Shown: piece by piece, positions 25,793 to 43,963 of the stretch
Numbering within the stretch: the stretch's first letter is position 1
How the letters are laid out: each line of letters opens with the position of its first letter
NCBI RefSeq assembly: GCF_009914755.1
Contig: NC_060926.1
Strand: one strand, 5' to 3'
Origin: the human T2T-CHM13v2.0 reference genome, Homo sapiens
DNA: 64,000 nucleotides
Notes under the pieces: generated by a model
Databases searched by the model: none
What the model was told of the DNA's origin: nothing
Seen by the model: only the letters and a program-made list of their open reading frames with translations
Program-made: the position numbers and the translations under genes

Positions 25793-28700
25793 GTTGTTCG
25801 GTCTGGTGTTTTGGGGTAGGGCATGCTTTACAAGTTGGTGAGATTACCATCCCCTAAAAAGGGAGGAAGCAGAGATATCTCTCCCAACTCTTGCTTCTCT
25901 TATTTGGCAGTCTGACCTATCAGGCAGGCTAAATGGCCTAGACTAGTTCAGGCCCTAAGGCAAAAATGTGTTTTTTTCTTGTTGTCCATGACATTATTTT
26001 TTTCTTGTCACTTAGGAGAATGCTTTAGGCTGGCTTTTTCTTACAGTACCAATGCTAAGTCTCCACCCTGAGTTTGGAAGTTAATTAGAAGGAAGAGAAG
26101 CAGAGGCGTATGAAGGAACTAGCAACATAGAGGTGCCTCAAATGGGGCTGGGGTGAACTGTAACTACACAAAGGCTGGCATTAAAAAGTACAGCCCCACA
26201 TGAAAGACTGGCCCCATTGTCCTTAGCAGGTGGTCTGGGCTGCTAGTTTGGCTGTTCAGGGATAGTTTGTGCCCCTAGGCAAGAGGCAAATGGTATTGTG
26301 GTTAAGGATGAAATTGGATTATAAGTAAAGGAGATTTATTTTGGAAACAGCTGGAATTGACAGGGCAGGTTATTGGGGCTGGCTTTAGCAGCTTTGGGGC
26401 CCAGCAATTTTGAAGTAGCTATTTTATCTGTTGATTTTAGCAGTATTGACAGTGACCATTGGGTTTATCAAGAATGGAGTCATCTAGGGAAGAGGCACTT
26501 GAGAAAGCAGGTATCTGATATTGATGAGGATGGAGGTCAAAGGGGTGTTTTTTGTCTACCTGAGAGTACTGAGGAAGCTTCCCTTCTCCGGAGTCTTCTG
26601 GTTGTGTGCAGAGAGGGTGTCACTGTTAACTGAGCCAGCAAAGGCTCATCCCCAGACAGGCTGTTTCTCAAGTATGGCTATAGGCCTTGAGGCTTGAAGC
26701 TCCTTCAGGTCTCTATAGTGTGACATTTTTGATGGTGAGGCACTGGCCCGAGTTTTCTCCTCCATCCTGCCCTGAAGCAGGGGTGAAGAACTGTCAGGTT
26801 TTTTAGGGTGTAGGGAGGAACCTTTCATGTCGTGCCCATGTAAGTCCAGAGAGGTAGAACTTTCTCCCAACACATTTAAAAGGGAAATTCTTACCCTCCA
26901 TCTTTTTTGGTATGTGTGGGAGCCTGCAACTCAGACGACTGTATTTCCTGGTTGCTTAGTACTAAGGCACTGGAGATCACTGACTGCTCAGCCATGGCAC
27001 AACCTCTTGTCTCTTTTGCTCCCTAGCCCCACCCCACCCTGTGATCAGGTACAGGGGTGATGTGCTTGAGCTTCATGTAGTATCTCTCAGGTCACTAAGG
27101 GGGGGAACTTGACATTTCCCATGTCTTTGCCTCTAGCTGACCCTTCTGTGCAGATTAGCTACATTTAGCAAGAAAGGAGTAGGAAGCCCCTACTTTGGAT
27201 ATGGGCCTTGGTTCTCCAGTCTAACCATTTCTAGAAATGGATGCTGAGAAGTGAAATTTGAGGCTATTATATAAATACAAACATATGTAACATACTGCAT
27301 GTATATTCATATACATATATAATTTTTTCTGATCAATTTGAAAGTTGCTGACAGGATGCTACTTTATTCCTAAACACTATAATGCTACATACATATTTAT
27401 TAAAAAGAAGCACATTCTTTTTCATAACCACAAGATAATTATCAAAATCAGGAAAGTAATATTGATGCATTATAGCTATATTCAAATCCTCAGGGCTTAT
27501 TTGTATTTTTTCCACATGTATTAATAATAATTTAATGGCAACAGAAAATTCTGCTTTGCTTTCAGTTGCTGTCCCTGTTTAGGCTGCTTTAATTTAGTAC
27601 AGTCCCTCAGTCTTTTTTGTCTATCATGACATTGACAACTGTGAAGAATGCATGCCCTGGTTATTTGATAGATGGTCACCCAAGTTGGGTTTGTTTGATG
27701 TTTCCTCTTGATTAGATTTAGGTTCTGAGATTTTGGCAAGAATATCACAGACATGATATGTTCTTCTCAGTGCATGATATCAGGGGACATATGGTATCTT
27801 ATTTGTCTCATTTCTGGTGATGGGAATTTTGATCACTTGATTAAGGTGGTGTCTACCCAGTTTCTTCAATAATAAAATTACTAGTTAGTTAGCTAATAAT
27901 TAATGAGAATCTTGTGGAAGGGTACCTTAAGATTACGTAAGTATCTTGTTACTCCTTAAACTTCCAGCTGCTAGTTTTAGCATCTGTTGAAGATTTTTGC
28001 CTAAATCAATTGTTATTATAATGGTTACCAAAGAGTGACATTTTAATTGACCCCTGGAATTATTTCTATGATTATTGGTTGGCTTTCTACTGTAAGAAAG
28101 AACATTTCCTTATCACCTGTTTTCTTATTTATTCATTCATTTATCCATTTATGTCATGAATTTTATTTTTTTCTGTGAATTGTATTTCTTTTTCTGTGAA
28201 TTGTATTTCTTTACTATGCTTATTTATTTTGATTTGCAAATTGTCCAGGTTTGTTCAGTCTAAGCCCTTTCAAGCTGGTTCCTGTGTCTGTTTGACATAT
28301 CTACATCATTCTTTTAACACGTTCTCACTTTTCTGGCACAACACCGTATTCTCAATTCATCTTGCATTTTTCCAGAATCAGCCATTTCTCAAAAGGGCTT
28401 GATTCCTTTTAGTGGCAAATGGCATTTTGATTGATTGCTACAGGGTGCCATTGTTTCTAGGGCCTGTCAGCAGAGATAGACAGTAGATGTATATACACAC
28501 ATACACTCATATATGCAAATTTATGTGTATACGTATGTAATATCCATGTCTATATCTGCAGATATACCTCAAAGATATTGTACAATAAAGCGAATATTAC
28601 TATGAAGCAAGTCACGTAAATTTTTTGGTTTTCTAATGCATATAAAAATTTTTTACACTATACTATAGTCTCTTGAGTGTGTGATAGCATTATGTCTAAA

Positions 28701-29881
28701 AAAAGTATATACCTTAATTAAACCATACTTTATTGCTAAAAAATCCTGACAATCATCTGAGTCTTCAGTGAGTTGCAATCTTTTTGCTAATGGGGATTCT
28801 TGCCTCATTGTTGATGGCCGTTTACTGGTAAGGGTGATTTGTTGCAAGAATAGGGTGGCTGTGGCAATTTCTTCAAATAAGGTAACAATGGAGTTTGCCA
28901 CATTGACTGACTCTTCCTTTCACAAAAGATTTCTCTGTAGCACACAATACTGTTTGATAGCATTTTACCCACAAAAGAACTTCTTTCAAAATTGGAGTCA
29001 CGCCTCTCAAACCCTGACACTGCTTTATCAACTAAGATTATGTAATATTCTAAATTCTTTGTTTGATTTCAACAATGTTCACAGCATCTCATCAGGAGTA
29101 AATGTCATATCAATAAACCACTTTATTTGTTTATCCATAAGAAGCAACTCCTCATCCATTCAAGCTTGATCCATTCAAGTTTGAGATTGCAGCAATTCAA
29201 ATCTTCAGGTTCTACATCTAACTCTAGTTCTCTTGCTGTTTCCACCAAATCTTCAATTACTTCCTCCACCTAAGTCTTAAACTCCTCCTCAAAGTCATCT
29301 ATGAGGGTTTGGAATCAGTTCTTCCAAACTCCTGTTAAGGTTGCTATTTTGACCTTTTCCCATGAACCACAAATGTTGTTAATGGCATCTAGAATGGCGA
29401 CTTTTTGCCAGAAGGTTTTTGATTTACTTTGCCCAGATTCATCACAGGAATCACTATCTATGACTCAGCTATCTCCTTACAAAATTATTTCTTAAATAAT
29501 CTTTAAATTTAAAATGACTCCTTAAGCCATGGGCTGCAGAATGCATGTTGTGTAGGCAGGCATGAAAACAGCATTAATCTTTTCTTACATCTCCATCAGA
29601 GCTCTTGTGTGATCAGGTACATTTTCAGTGTGCATTAATATTTAGAAAGGAATCTTTTTTTTCTGAGCAGGAAGTCTCAACAGTGGGCTTAAAATGTACA
29701 GTAAACCATGCTGTAAACAGACTCGTTGTCATCCAGGTGGTGTTGTTACATTTATAGAGCACAGGCAGAGCAGATTAACATAACTTTTAAGGGACCTGGA
29801 ATTTTCAGAATGGTCAATGAGCATTGGCTTCAACTTTAAGTCACCAGCTGCATTAGCCCCTAACAAGAGAGTCAGCCTGTC

Positions 29882-30187
29882 TTTTTCTTTTTCTCTTTTT
29901 TTTTTTTTTTTTTTTTTGAGATGGAGTCTCACTCTGTTGCCCAGGCTGGAATGCAGTGGCGCAATCTCAGCTCACTGCAACCTCCGCCTCCTGGGTTCAA
30001 GCAATTCTCTGCCTCAGCCTCCCGAGTAGCTGGGATTACGGGCACCCGCCACTCACACCCGGCTAATTTTTATATTTTTAGTAGAGATGGGGTTTCACCA
30101 TCTTGGCCAGGCTGGTCTTGAACTCCTGACCTCGTGATCCACCCACCAAAGTGCTGGGATTACAGGCATGAGCTACCATGCCCGACT
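29882..30187 (-). mobile_element. AluS inside Tigger1
   Basis: Dimeric Alu with T tail and a small deletion at about 30147. Confidence 0.95.
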
Positions 30188-31156
30188 AACTTTTGAAGCT
30201 TTGAAGCATTTACTTCTCTCTGGCTATAAAAGCCTTAGATGGATGGCATCTTCTAATATAAGGCTGTTTTGTCTACACTGATAATCTGTTGTTTAGCGTA
30301 GCCACCTTTATCAGTGATCTTAGCTAGATCTTCTTAAAATAAGACAGGAATGAAGATCTTCCAGATAACTGGGTGTAGCTTCTCTGTCGGCACTTGCTGC
30401 TTCACCTTGTACTTTTATGTTATGGAGACGTTCTTTCTTAAACTTCAGGAACCAACCTCTGCTAGCTTCTTTTGTAGCTTCTTCACTTCTCTCAGCCCTC
30501 ATAGAATAGAAGAGAGTTAGGGCCTTGCTCTGCATTAGGCTTTGACTTAATGAAGTGCTGTGGCTGGTTCTATCTTCTATCCAGAACACTAAAACTTTCT
30601 CCATATCAGCAATAGGTTGTTTCACTTTGTTATTATTCGTGTGCTCAGTGAAGTAGCACTTTTAATTTCCTTCAAGAACTTTTCTTTTGCATGTGTATCT
30701 TAACTGTTTGGCATAAGAAGCCTAGCTTTTAGCCTATCTGGGCTTTGGACATTGCCTTCCTCACTAAACGTTATCACTTGTAGCTTTTGATTTAAAGTGA
30801 GAGACCTTGACTATTCCTTGCATTTGAACACTTAGAGGCCATTGTTGGGTTATTCACTGTCCTGATTTCAATATCATGGTGTCTCAAGAAACAGGAGGCC
30901 CTGGGAGAGGGAGAGAGGTGGGGGATCGGCCAGTCAGTGGAGCAATATGCAACATTTGCATATACAAATGCTTATTGCATATGCAAATATTTATTGATTA
31001 AGTTTATTGATTATTAACAGAACATATGCAACGTTTATTGATTAAGTTCACCTTCTTAAATGGGCACAATTAGTGGTGGCTCAAAACAATTACAATAGTA
31101 ACATCAAAGATCACTGATCGCAGATCACCGTAACAGATATAATGACAATAAAGTTT

Positions 31157-31258
31157 GAAATACTGTGAGAATTACCAAAGTGTGACACAGAGACATGAAG
31201 TGAGTTCGAAATACTGTGAGAATTACCAAAGTGTGACACAGAGACATGAAGTGAGTTC
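31157..31258. repeat. Perfect 51-bp tandem duplication
   Basis: GAAATACTGTGAGAATTACCAAAGTGTGACACAGAGACATGAAGTGAGTTC at 31157-31207 and 31208-31258. Confidence 0.97.
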
Positions 31259-32059
31259 AGAGTATTGAAAAAAATGGGGCCAATAGACTTGCTGGGTGCA
31301 GGGTTGCCACAAACCCCAAATTTATAAAACACACAGTGTCTGTGAAGTACAATAAAGCAAAAGGCAATAAAATGAGATGTGCCTGTACATAATCTATATT
31401 TATATAGATACAGATTTCTATATTTCTAAATCTATAGATATAGATTTCTATGTATTATTTCATTATATTATATAGATTTCTATATATTATTTCATTACCA
31501 CCCAGGTATAGTAAAAACTACTTACTTCCACTGATACCTTCAGTTCTAATTCAGTGGCATGGGATTCATGCTACCCTTCCCCTTTTCCATAGTTGGAGCT
31601 CCCTTATCCAACAGAAAGAAACACAACAGCCATTTTCTACAGTACATTTACTTATTTACTCAACACACAAAAAGTATTTTCAAAATTTCTAACCCATGCC
31701 TCTTTGAATAAAAGAAGCCTACTAACTCTAGAGGTCAATATGTTTTAGAGGTTGTGTTTTTCCCTTTAGCCTAAGGACATATAGTTTAAATACTATGCTC
31801 AGAAATTATTCAGGTTAGGTTTCTTTCCCAATTTAGTATAGTTATATCATTCATTTGGTATTTCACTTAGCTCATTTGCTTTTGTTTGATTTACATTTTT
31901 GGAATTTCTTCCTCGTTCTTGAGTTTTTTTTTTTTTAATTGGTGAAATGTTACAAAAAATTCCAAAAGTCACAACAGTACAATAGACATATGCAAAAAGT
32001 GTCATTCTCCCTGTTCCATCTATTCTTCACACTTCCTCTCACTCACACTTTATTGGTAA

Positions 32060-32590
32060 TGGTGGTGGTCAGAATTCTAAGAATGGTCCCCAGTGACCTT
32101 GACCCTCCCCTTCAAGGGTGAGTAGAAGCTGTGAATATGATGAGATATTATATATTACATATCCCTTATATGACAAAAGGGAGATTAGTTTTTAAAAGCA
32201 GAGAGTTTTCTCTGGCTGATAGCAGAAGGGGAAATCAGAGAGCTTGAATGCACCACTGCTGGCTTGGAGATGGAGAAGGTCATGTGGCAAGGAACGCAGA
32301 CCTGAGAAGCTGAGAACAGTCCTAGCTGACAGCCAGCGAGGAAACAGGAACCTTAGTCCTACCACTGAAAGAGTCTGAATTCTGCCAAAAATCCAATAAG
32401 CTTGGAAGTGAATTCTTCCCCCAGAGTCCTACAGAGAGGAACCCAGGCCAGCTGACTCCTTCATTTCGACCTTATGAGACTCTTGGCAGAGAACCCAGTT
32501 GAGCCTACCTGGACTCTGACCTATAAAATCATTAGCTAATAGATGGGCTTTATTTTAAGCCACTAAATTGTGGTCATGGAAGACTAAAAT
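32060..32590 (+). mobile_element. MLT1E-like MaLR LTR
   Basis: TGGTGGTGGTCAGAATTCTAAG...TTTTAAGCCACTAAATTGTGG. GGTAA on both flanks (32055, 32591). Confidence 0.85.
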
Positions 32591-34779
32591 GGTAACCAAT
32601 CTTATTAGTCTCTGGTTAATTCTCACTGCATTTATTTTTGCACTAATTTTGCAGAAATGAGCAGATGCCGGTTTATTTTGTTTTTTACTTTTCTTTCTTA
32701 AACAAAAGGTAACAAACTATTTGTACTCTTATATTTTGCTCTTCTTTCACTTAACAATATATCCTGGAAATCCTTCAACACCCATTGATAGACTTCTTTC
32801 TCCATTCTTCTTTATCAGCTACACAGACTCCATTATGTTTATAACATAACATATTTTATTCAACATCTCTTCCATGTATGGGCATATAGGTTATTTCCAA
32901 TAGTTTGCAATGATAAATAATGCTACTAGGTATAACCTTTTGAATTCTCAAGGAAACTTCTAGAAGTGATATTGCCAGGCGAAAAGGTAAACATAAACAT
33001 AGTTTTATTTGATCTTACCAAATTCCTCTCATGAGGGCGTATCAAGTGACATCCTCTCTAATGAGCCAGTGCTGTTTATGGAGACTTTATTAATTATTAA
33101 TTATTGAGGCTTTATTGTATGTTTTAATATCTAGGAAAATTAGTATCTCCCCATTGCTTTCTTTTTCAAGGTTTTTCATGTATTCTGGTGTGCTTACATT
33201 TTCAAATGAAGATGAGCTTCATAAAAAAATTTTTATGGTGTTATAATTGGGATTGCATTAAATGTATAAAGTAACTTTGAAAGAACTGATCTTTATTCCT
33301 GACGTGGTGTCATCTTATCCAAGGGCATGGTATGTCTTTCAATTTGTTCAAGTCCACTTTTGTGCCTTTAAAACATGTCTAAAGGTTTTTCTCATAAAGA
33401 TTTTGCATTGTTACATATTTCTTGTTAAATTAATTTTCTTTGTTGCTACTGTAAATAAATTATTTCTACCATTATCAACTTCTGGCTGATTCTTCTGTGT
33501 GTATATAAAGGTTATTGATTTTTATATGCAAATCCATATAATGAATACTTTTATAGTTTAGTTTTGTTGTTGATTCTCTTGGGTTTTACAGGTACATAAT
33601 TATATAATATGCAAGCAGAGATAGGTTTACTTCTTCTATTCAATTTTTTTGGAGGGAAGGGACTCAAATTTATTTATCTTGTGTAATTGCCCTAGCTAAT
33701 ACATCCAGTACAATGATGAACAGTAGTAGAGACAGTGTACATTCTTGCCTTATTCTGGACATAAATGGAGATACCTCTAATGTTTCTTCATTAAGATGCT
33801 GACTTTAGGACCAAGTTACATCTACCTTTAATACATTAAGAAACTATCTATCAATTCTTGTTTTCTTGGATTTTTTTTAAATTAGGCAAGGGTAATAAAT
33901 TTTATTGAAGGCTTTTTCACTACCCATAGAGATTATAATATGATTGTTTTTCTTAAAAGTTTTAATATACATATTTTTGGGTTTTCTAACTTCTAATTCC
34001 CTAATTTCTTTTATGTTTGAAACATACACTTGATTAAAGTATACGTTTCCTTATGTGGTATTAGATTCTGTTAGTGAAAATTTTATTTCAAACTTTTATA
34101 TTGATAGTTTTAAGTGATACTGACCTGTAAATTTCTTTATTTGTACCATATTCATCAGGTTTAGTTGTAAATGTTATATTTGATTTATAAAAATAATTAA
34201 GATGTTTTCCTGTATTTTGAAAACTCTGGAACAATTTATGGAGCATTTTAAGTATCTGGTCTTTGAAGGCATGGTAAAATCCACCCTCCTCCGCTACCAT
34301 TCCCCAATCAACTATCTGAGCCTGGTGCTCTATTGTATGATTTATTCCATTTTATCGGTAAAAATTAGTGTGTTTAAGCCTTCTATCTCCAACAGGCTCA
34401 GTTGTTGTTGTAAACTGTGTAATTGTGTAGGCCTACAAAATTACATATTTTATCTAGATTTTCAAATTTATTTTCATAAAGATCTACAAAGTCATCCCTT
34501 AATTTTTAAAAATTTCTTTCATTTCAGTAGTAGTTTTTCCCCCACTTCTTATTTTATTGATTTCTGCTTTCTCCATTTTTCTTGAATTAGTTGACTAGTG
34601 GTTTGTCTATGCTATTAATTTCTCCAAAAAAACAGAAAAGAATTTTGGATTTCATTAGATTTGTGGTTTTTCTATTCTGTGCCTCTTTTACAACTGTTTT
34701 ACTATTTCTTTCCTTCTGCTTTCTTTTGCTTTACTTTGTTGTTCTTTCTAATCTTTTAGGTAAAATTTACTTACTTAAT

Positions 34780-38420
<3,641 letters not shown>

Positions 38421-38892
38421 TTAGCTGAAATTTAATTCACTTATTTTTAGGCTAAGAATTTTTTCTGACCAATGCTTAAATGCATCCTCAAAATTCTGCG
38501 TTATTCTTTTGTTGCATCAGTGCAGGGTATCTACATAACTTATCATCATTCTTTTAAAAATTCTATAATTTTGTTTGTATATCCCTTTTATTGAAGAGTT
38601 GTTTAATATTTTTAAATTCTAGATGAAATAATCTTTTTCTTACTTTATTAATATTTCTAGTGTTTTTACACTGTAATCAGAGAGTGTTCTTTATAATATT
38701 TCTATAACATTGATATTTTCTTTGTTACTTAACATAGCCTAAATTATGATTAATTTTCTAAATCCCCCATGCACACTTGAGAATATATGTTCTCTAGTAT
38801 CAGGTTTGATGTATATCCATGAGATCTATGTTAGTAATTATGTTATTTAAGTTGTCTTGTATCCTAACTTATCTTGCCTGTTTAATTTATCT

Positions 38893-39166
38893 TTTTTTAA
38901 TTTTAATTTTTATTTTTTTAGCAGATTCTCACTCTGTTGCCCAGGCTGGAGTACAATGGCACAATCTTGGCTCACTGCAACCTCTGAGCCATTTTGTTGG
39001 GATTACAGGCATGCACAACCACCCCCAGCTGATTTTTGTATTTTTAGTAGAGATGGGGTTTTGCCATGTTGGCCAGGCTGGTCTTGAACTCCTAACCTCT
39101 TGTGATCCCCCCTGCCTCTGCCTTTCAAAGTGCTGGGATTACAGATGTGAGTCTCCATGCCTGGTC
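38893..39166 (-). mobile_element. AluS with internal deletion
   Basis: Both monomers are recognisable. The right arm is shortened near 38985-38998. Confidence 0.9.
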
Positions 39167-39350
39167 TCCATTTATCTTATACTGAGAGCAACTCACTGAA
39201 TGTTCTTTATTATTATTTATGTGTTTCCATTTATGTGTCCTTACATTTCTGCAATTTTTGCTTCAAAATATGTTGCTGTGTTATTTGGTGCATAGATAAC
39301 TGTGACTATTATACCTTTATTGTGAATTGTGGCACTTATCATTAAAATGT

Positions 39351-39653
39351 GATCTTTCATTTATTTGCACAGCAAGTATTATCTCCTGAGAAGATGTAGG
39401 TGAATGCAGAGGAGTGAGACTCAGTGCTCATCTTTGCATATGAAGTCTATTAGTGAAGAATCAGTACCCTTATATTCCCTTAGATGTGGTAGTAGCATAG
39501 CTTTTTCATGTTAAATGTCCTGAAAACCTGGCATGAAGATTTCAGCAAACGTATCTTACAACATGAGAAAGAGGAGTCTAATCGGACAGGGGATACAAGT
39601 ATAGAATCAATGACAACACATACTCAGTTTTAGTTCTTAGGAGGATTTTGTTT

Positions 39654-39684
<31 letters not shown>

Positions 39685-40543
39685 GCTTGAAGATTTTCCT
39701 TTAATATTCCGTTTTTGTTTTGGTTTTTTTTTTTTTTTTAATGGATCTACATTGTTAACTGATTGAGACTCCACTGTGATTCTCTCATATACTTAAAAAC
39801 TTTGCAGGGATGCCTGTAACTTTTAGTGTCCTGAAAAAAAGTGGTGTTGGTTGATGTAAGGAGGGAACAGAAATAATTTGAACTATTCCAAATACTGAAT
39901 GAAAAAATAATAACTGATTTATGCTGTCTTAAAAATAAAAAGTACTGATAAGCCCTCCATGACATTTAACCTTAAAAATTATTTTAAATATATTCTTTTA
40001 TTTGCATAAAGGAAATACAAATGGCTGATAAATGCCAAAAAGATTCCAAAGCAGCTTAATTTAAAAAGCACAAAGAGATCATGACTTGCAATGCTGAAAT
40101 CTCAATGCTTTTATAGTTACTGGGCTAACTAATATGATTATTGAGTTTACAGATTTAAAAATAGTCACTGAAAAGTTAAAGTATCTACTGTTTTTATGAA
40201 TCCAATCTTATGCTGCCTCAGAAATCCCTGGGTGGTAACACTGAAGTAAAGAGTGCAGTTGGAAACATTGGTGAGTCACAATGACTAGAGAAAAGGGATC
40301 AGTTTGCAAACAGTAATAAAAAGAAAGGTCATTGAAATAATTACTCATTAGCATACTTACTCTCCAAAAAGTAATTTTATATGGGTTGAATTTTTCAGCT
40401 TTACCTTACTTACAGCCAGATTTAATATCATGTGGCTTTGTATTTACTATAGATATGTAGAACTGTAACCAAATATTTTATTCTCTAAAACTTTCTCTTG
40501 TTGATTGCAAAATACAGATCTATAAACAAAACCCGTAAAAAGT
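39351..40543 (+). pseudogene. Putative retroposed mRNA 3' fragment or transduced sequence, parent unknown
   Basis: About 1.2 kb of non-L1, UTR-like sequence splitting apparently contiguous L1 ORF2. Ends with AATACA (40511) and an A-rich stub. Confidence 0.45.
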
Positions 40544-40626
40544 CACCTTATTTGCCTCATTTAATTTGCCTACTTTGTTTGACATCAATATCACTATACC
40601 TGCTTTCTAATTGTTTCCATTTGCTG

Positions 40627-40914
40627 CTTTTTTTTTTTTGTTTTTGAAACGGAGTCTCGCTCTGTCGCCCAGGCTAGAGTGCAATGGCAGTGCAATCTCG
40701 GCTCACTGCAACCTCAAGCGATTCTCCTGCCTCAGCCTCCAGAGTAGCTGGGATTACAGGCATGCACCACTACGCCCGGCTAATTTTTGTATTTTTAGTA
40801 GAGATGGGGTTTCACCGTGTTAGCCAGGATAGTCTTGATCTCCTGACCTCATGATCCGCCAGCCTTGGCCTCCCAGAGTGCTGGGATTACAGGCATGAGC
40901 CACCGCACCCAGCC
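40627..40914 (-). mobile_element. AluS/Y-like with small deletion
   Basis: Dimeric Alu with sequence missing after CACTGCAACCTC. Confidence 0.93.
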
Positions 40915-41710
40915 CTCTCCGCATTTTTTTTCCAAATTATTTTGTTTTCAAATTATTTTGTTTTAGGTTTTTAAAAAATAATCAGTTTACAGTTGAGCCT
41001 CATATTTTCAGCCATGATGGAAGTATTTTTTAATAGGTGAATTAAGTCTATTCACATTTTTAATAAGACTAATATGTTTGGTGTAAACTTTGCATTATTT
41101 TTACATTGTCAAAACTTACAACACATGATATATTGAATATATTATATAATATCTTATTCTTTCACTCTTGTTTCCTCTTTTGTCTTATATCTATAATTAA
41201 AATAGATTTAAAATTCACCACTGATAAAGTTTCCTCATTAATTTCTTGTTGGATGAATTTTATCTTCAAGCAGGTTTCTCTAAAGGGGCTCATGGGTACA
41301 AAATTTTCTGAGCTCCTCCATGTTTAAAACTGTTTTTTCTATAGCTTTGATACTTGACAGGTATTTTGTTTTTTGGGTTTTTTGTTTTGTTTTGTTTTGT
41401 TTGCTTTATTCACCAGCGCTAGAAAACAAGAAACGGACAACTACATTTAGAGAAGACATTTTTCTTTCTGATAGTGGTTTTGGGTGTCAATTTTAGTCTG
41501 GATACTAGCTCTCTTATCTCATTCAGTCTTCCAAAATAGTAAATGAGACATGCACTGAATGAACATTTGGCCAGATAACAAATGGGAAAATAATATTTTC
41601 TCAAAATTTTATTTGTCTAAAATAAAATATGAAGCCAAATATCATCATCATAAAATAAAATTAGGACATACAAAAACTATCCTGAAATTTTGTTTAAAAG
41701 TTTAATTATA

Positions 41711-42016
<306 letters not shown>

Positions 42017-42572
42017 TTAAATGTTTAAAGTTTGAGTTACAGTGCAAGAACAGCATTTTCTCAGAATAGTGTGCTATTTTATTGCTCTTGCAGTCATTAT
42101 CTGAGCATTTGTGATATTAAGTAGAACTTTTCATTTGTGATCAGTGGGGAAATAAGATATTTTTGAAGTACTTAATTTTTTTCCAACATTCTTCCTTTAT
42201 TTGCATTTGATATTCTTTATTTTGTCAATATAGAATGTATAAAGGATGTTGTTCTTTTCTCCATAATACAGCTTGAGATGACAAAGTTAACATTGTGCTT
42301 TTAATCTGCTCTCGTAACATAGAGAAAATTAATAAAGTATACATTTTTCTTTAGTGAACCATGATCTACATGGGATTAAATAACTAAATATTAAATATAG
42401 TGTTTAAAGGTTATTTTGCTTCATGTTAATTTTATTTTATAAATGCTTATACCTAAAAAATTCTCAAAAGATTAAAATTTTGATCTATTATATGCTTATC
42501 TAGGAAGATGTATATTATGCTAACTTATCATTGAAACTTTTATAAATGTGTTTCCTTAAAAAGCATATAATG

Positions 42573-42881
<309 letters not shown>

Positions 42882-43963
42882 TTATGCTCTAAGTTTATCT
42901 AACTAATATATTATTTTAATATTAGTATTAAAAACTGGAAATATATTTTCTTATTTATTTAGCTAATTGGAAATTCTTAGCAATTGTGTGTGTTCATGAA
43001 ATTAATAGCTTTCATAATCATTACAATTATTAAAACATTTTACTCTTTCAATCAGTCACATATATATCTGTTTCAAACACAGTAGAATTTCAACATACAA
43101 AGCACACAAGAAGATCATTAAAGGTTATACTTAGAGTTCTTACCCAATTTTGCATGTGAATATGCATTGTTCATATTACTAATATTGTTGTGCTGACTTC
43201 ATATGATAAGAACCTGTGAGATCACATGATTTTAAATATACCAAAGTTTGGGAATTGCTGGACTGATGTTGAAGAAGAAAAAAGCTGAAACTGAATAGCT
43301 GATTAGGTTGAGAACACCAAGGCTAGAGCCAACATTTTGCATCTTTAAAATGTATTATTTCAACTTCACTAGTTTCTTTGAGTACTGATAACTTTGGGAT
43401 TTTTTATATATTTATACTTTTTATTTCTTTTTCTCTAAATTATATATTCATGTCTTATTTTTTGAGTGACAGCACTCAAGATACACATAGAGATCTTTGG
43501 AGACTGGAGTAAGCATCTGTCTTTCAATCTCTCGCATGACTCTGTAGACAGTGCTAATTGAATCTGGTAAAGAGGGCTGTGATGGAAAAAGCAATTCTGC
43601 TAATGGATTAGACATTAGAAAGCTCCAGATCAAAGAATTCTTGTATCATTAAAATGCCGGGGAAAAAGTACTGTGGTTTCTTGAGACAAGCGCCCAGGCT
43701 AACTTCTTAAGGATTTGCATTTTGGGGTGGATTGACAAGTTAGCTATTTGAGGTTAAGGTTATCCCTGAACCATTAAAAGAAAAGAACAAGACCTTGTCT
43801 GATAAACCTGAAAACTTGAATTTGGTGAATAGAGATGCATGAGATGTTATGCTCTTTGGGATTCTGAAAACCCGATGTAAGTCAATGTCCATCTGATCAC
43901 CAGCAACCAGTGACGGGCAGTGGAAATGCCCTGGGTGTAGGGTATTCCTAACCCCCTTTCCCC

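Larger units (their letters stand above)
28559..31385 (-). mobile_element. Near full-length Tigger1 (pogo-like DNA transposon) with decayed transposase
   Basis: Terminal inverted repeats CAGATATACCTC / GAGATGTGCCTG followed by TA. Transposase peptides [56 protein letters not shown]. Confidence 0.95.

Noticed and set aside
25850-27100. Possible old LTR or internal sequence
   Set aside because: No termini or family motif I could identify, so left unannotated.
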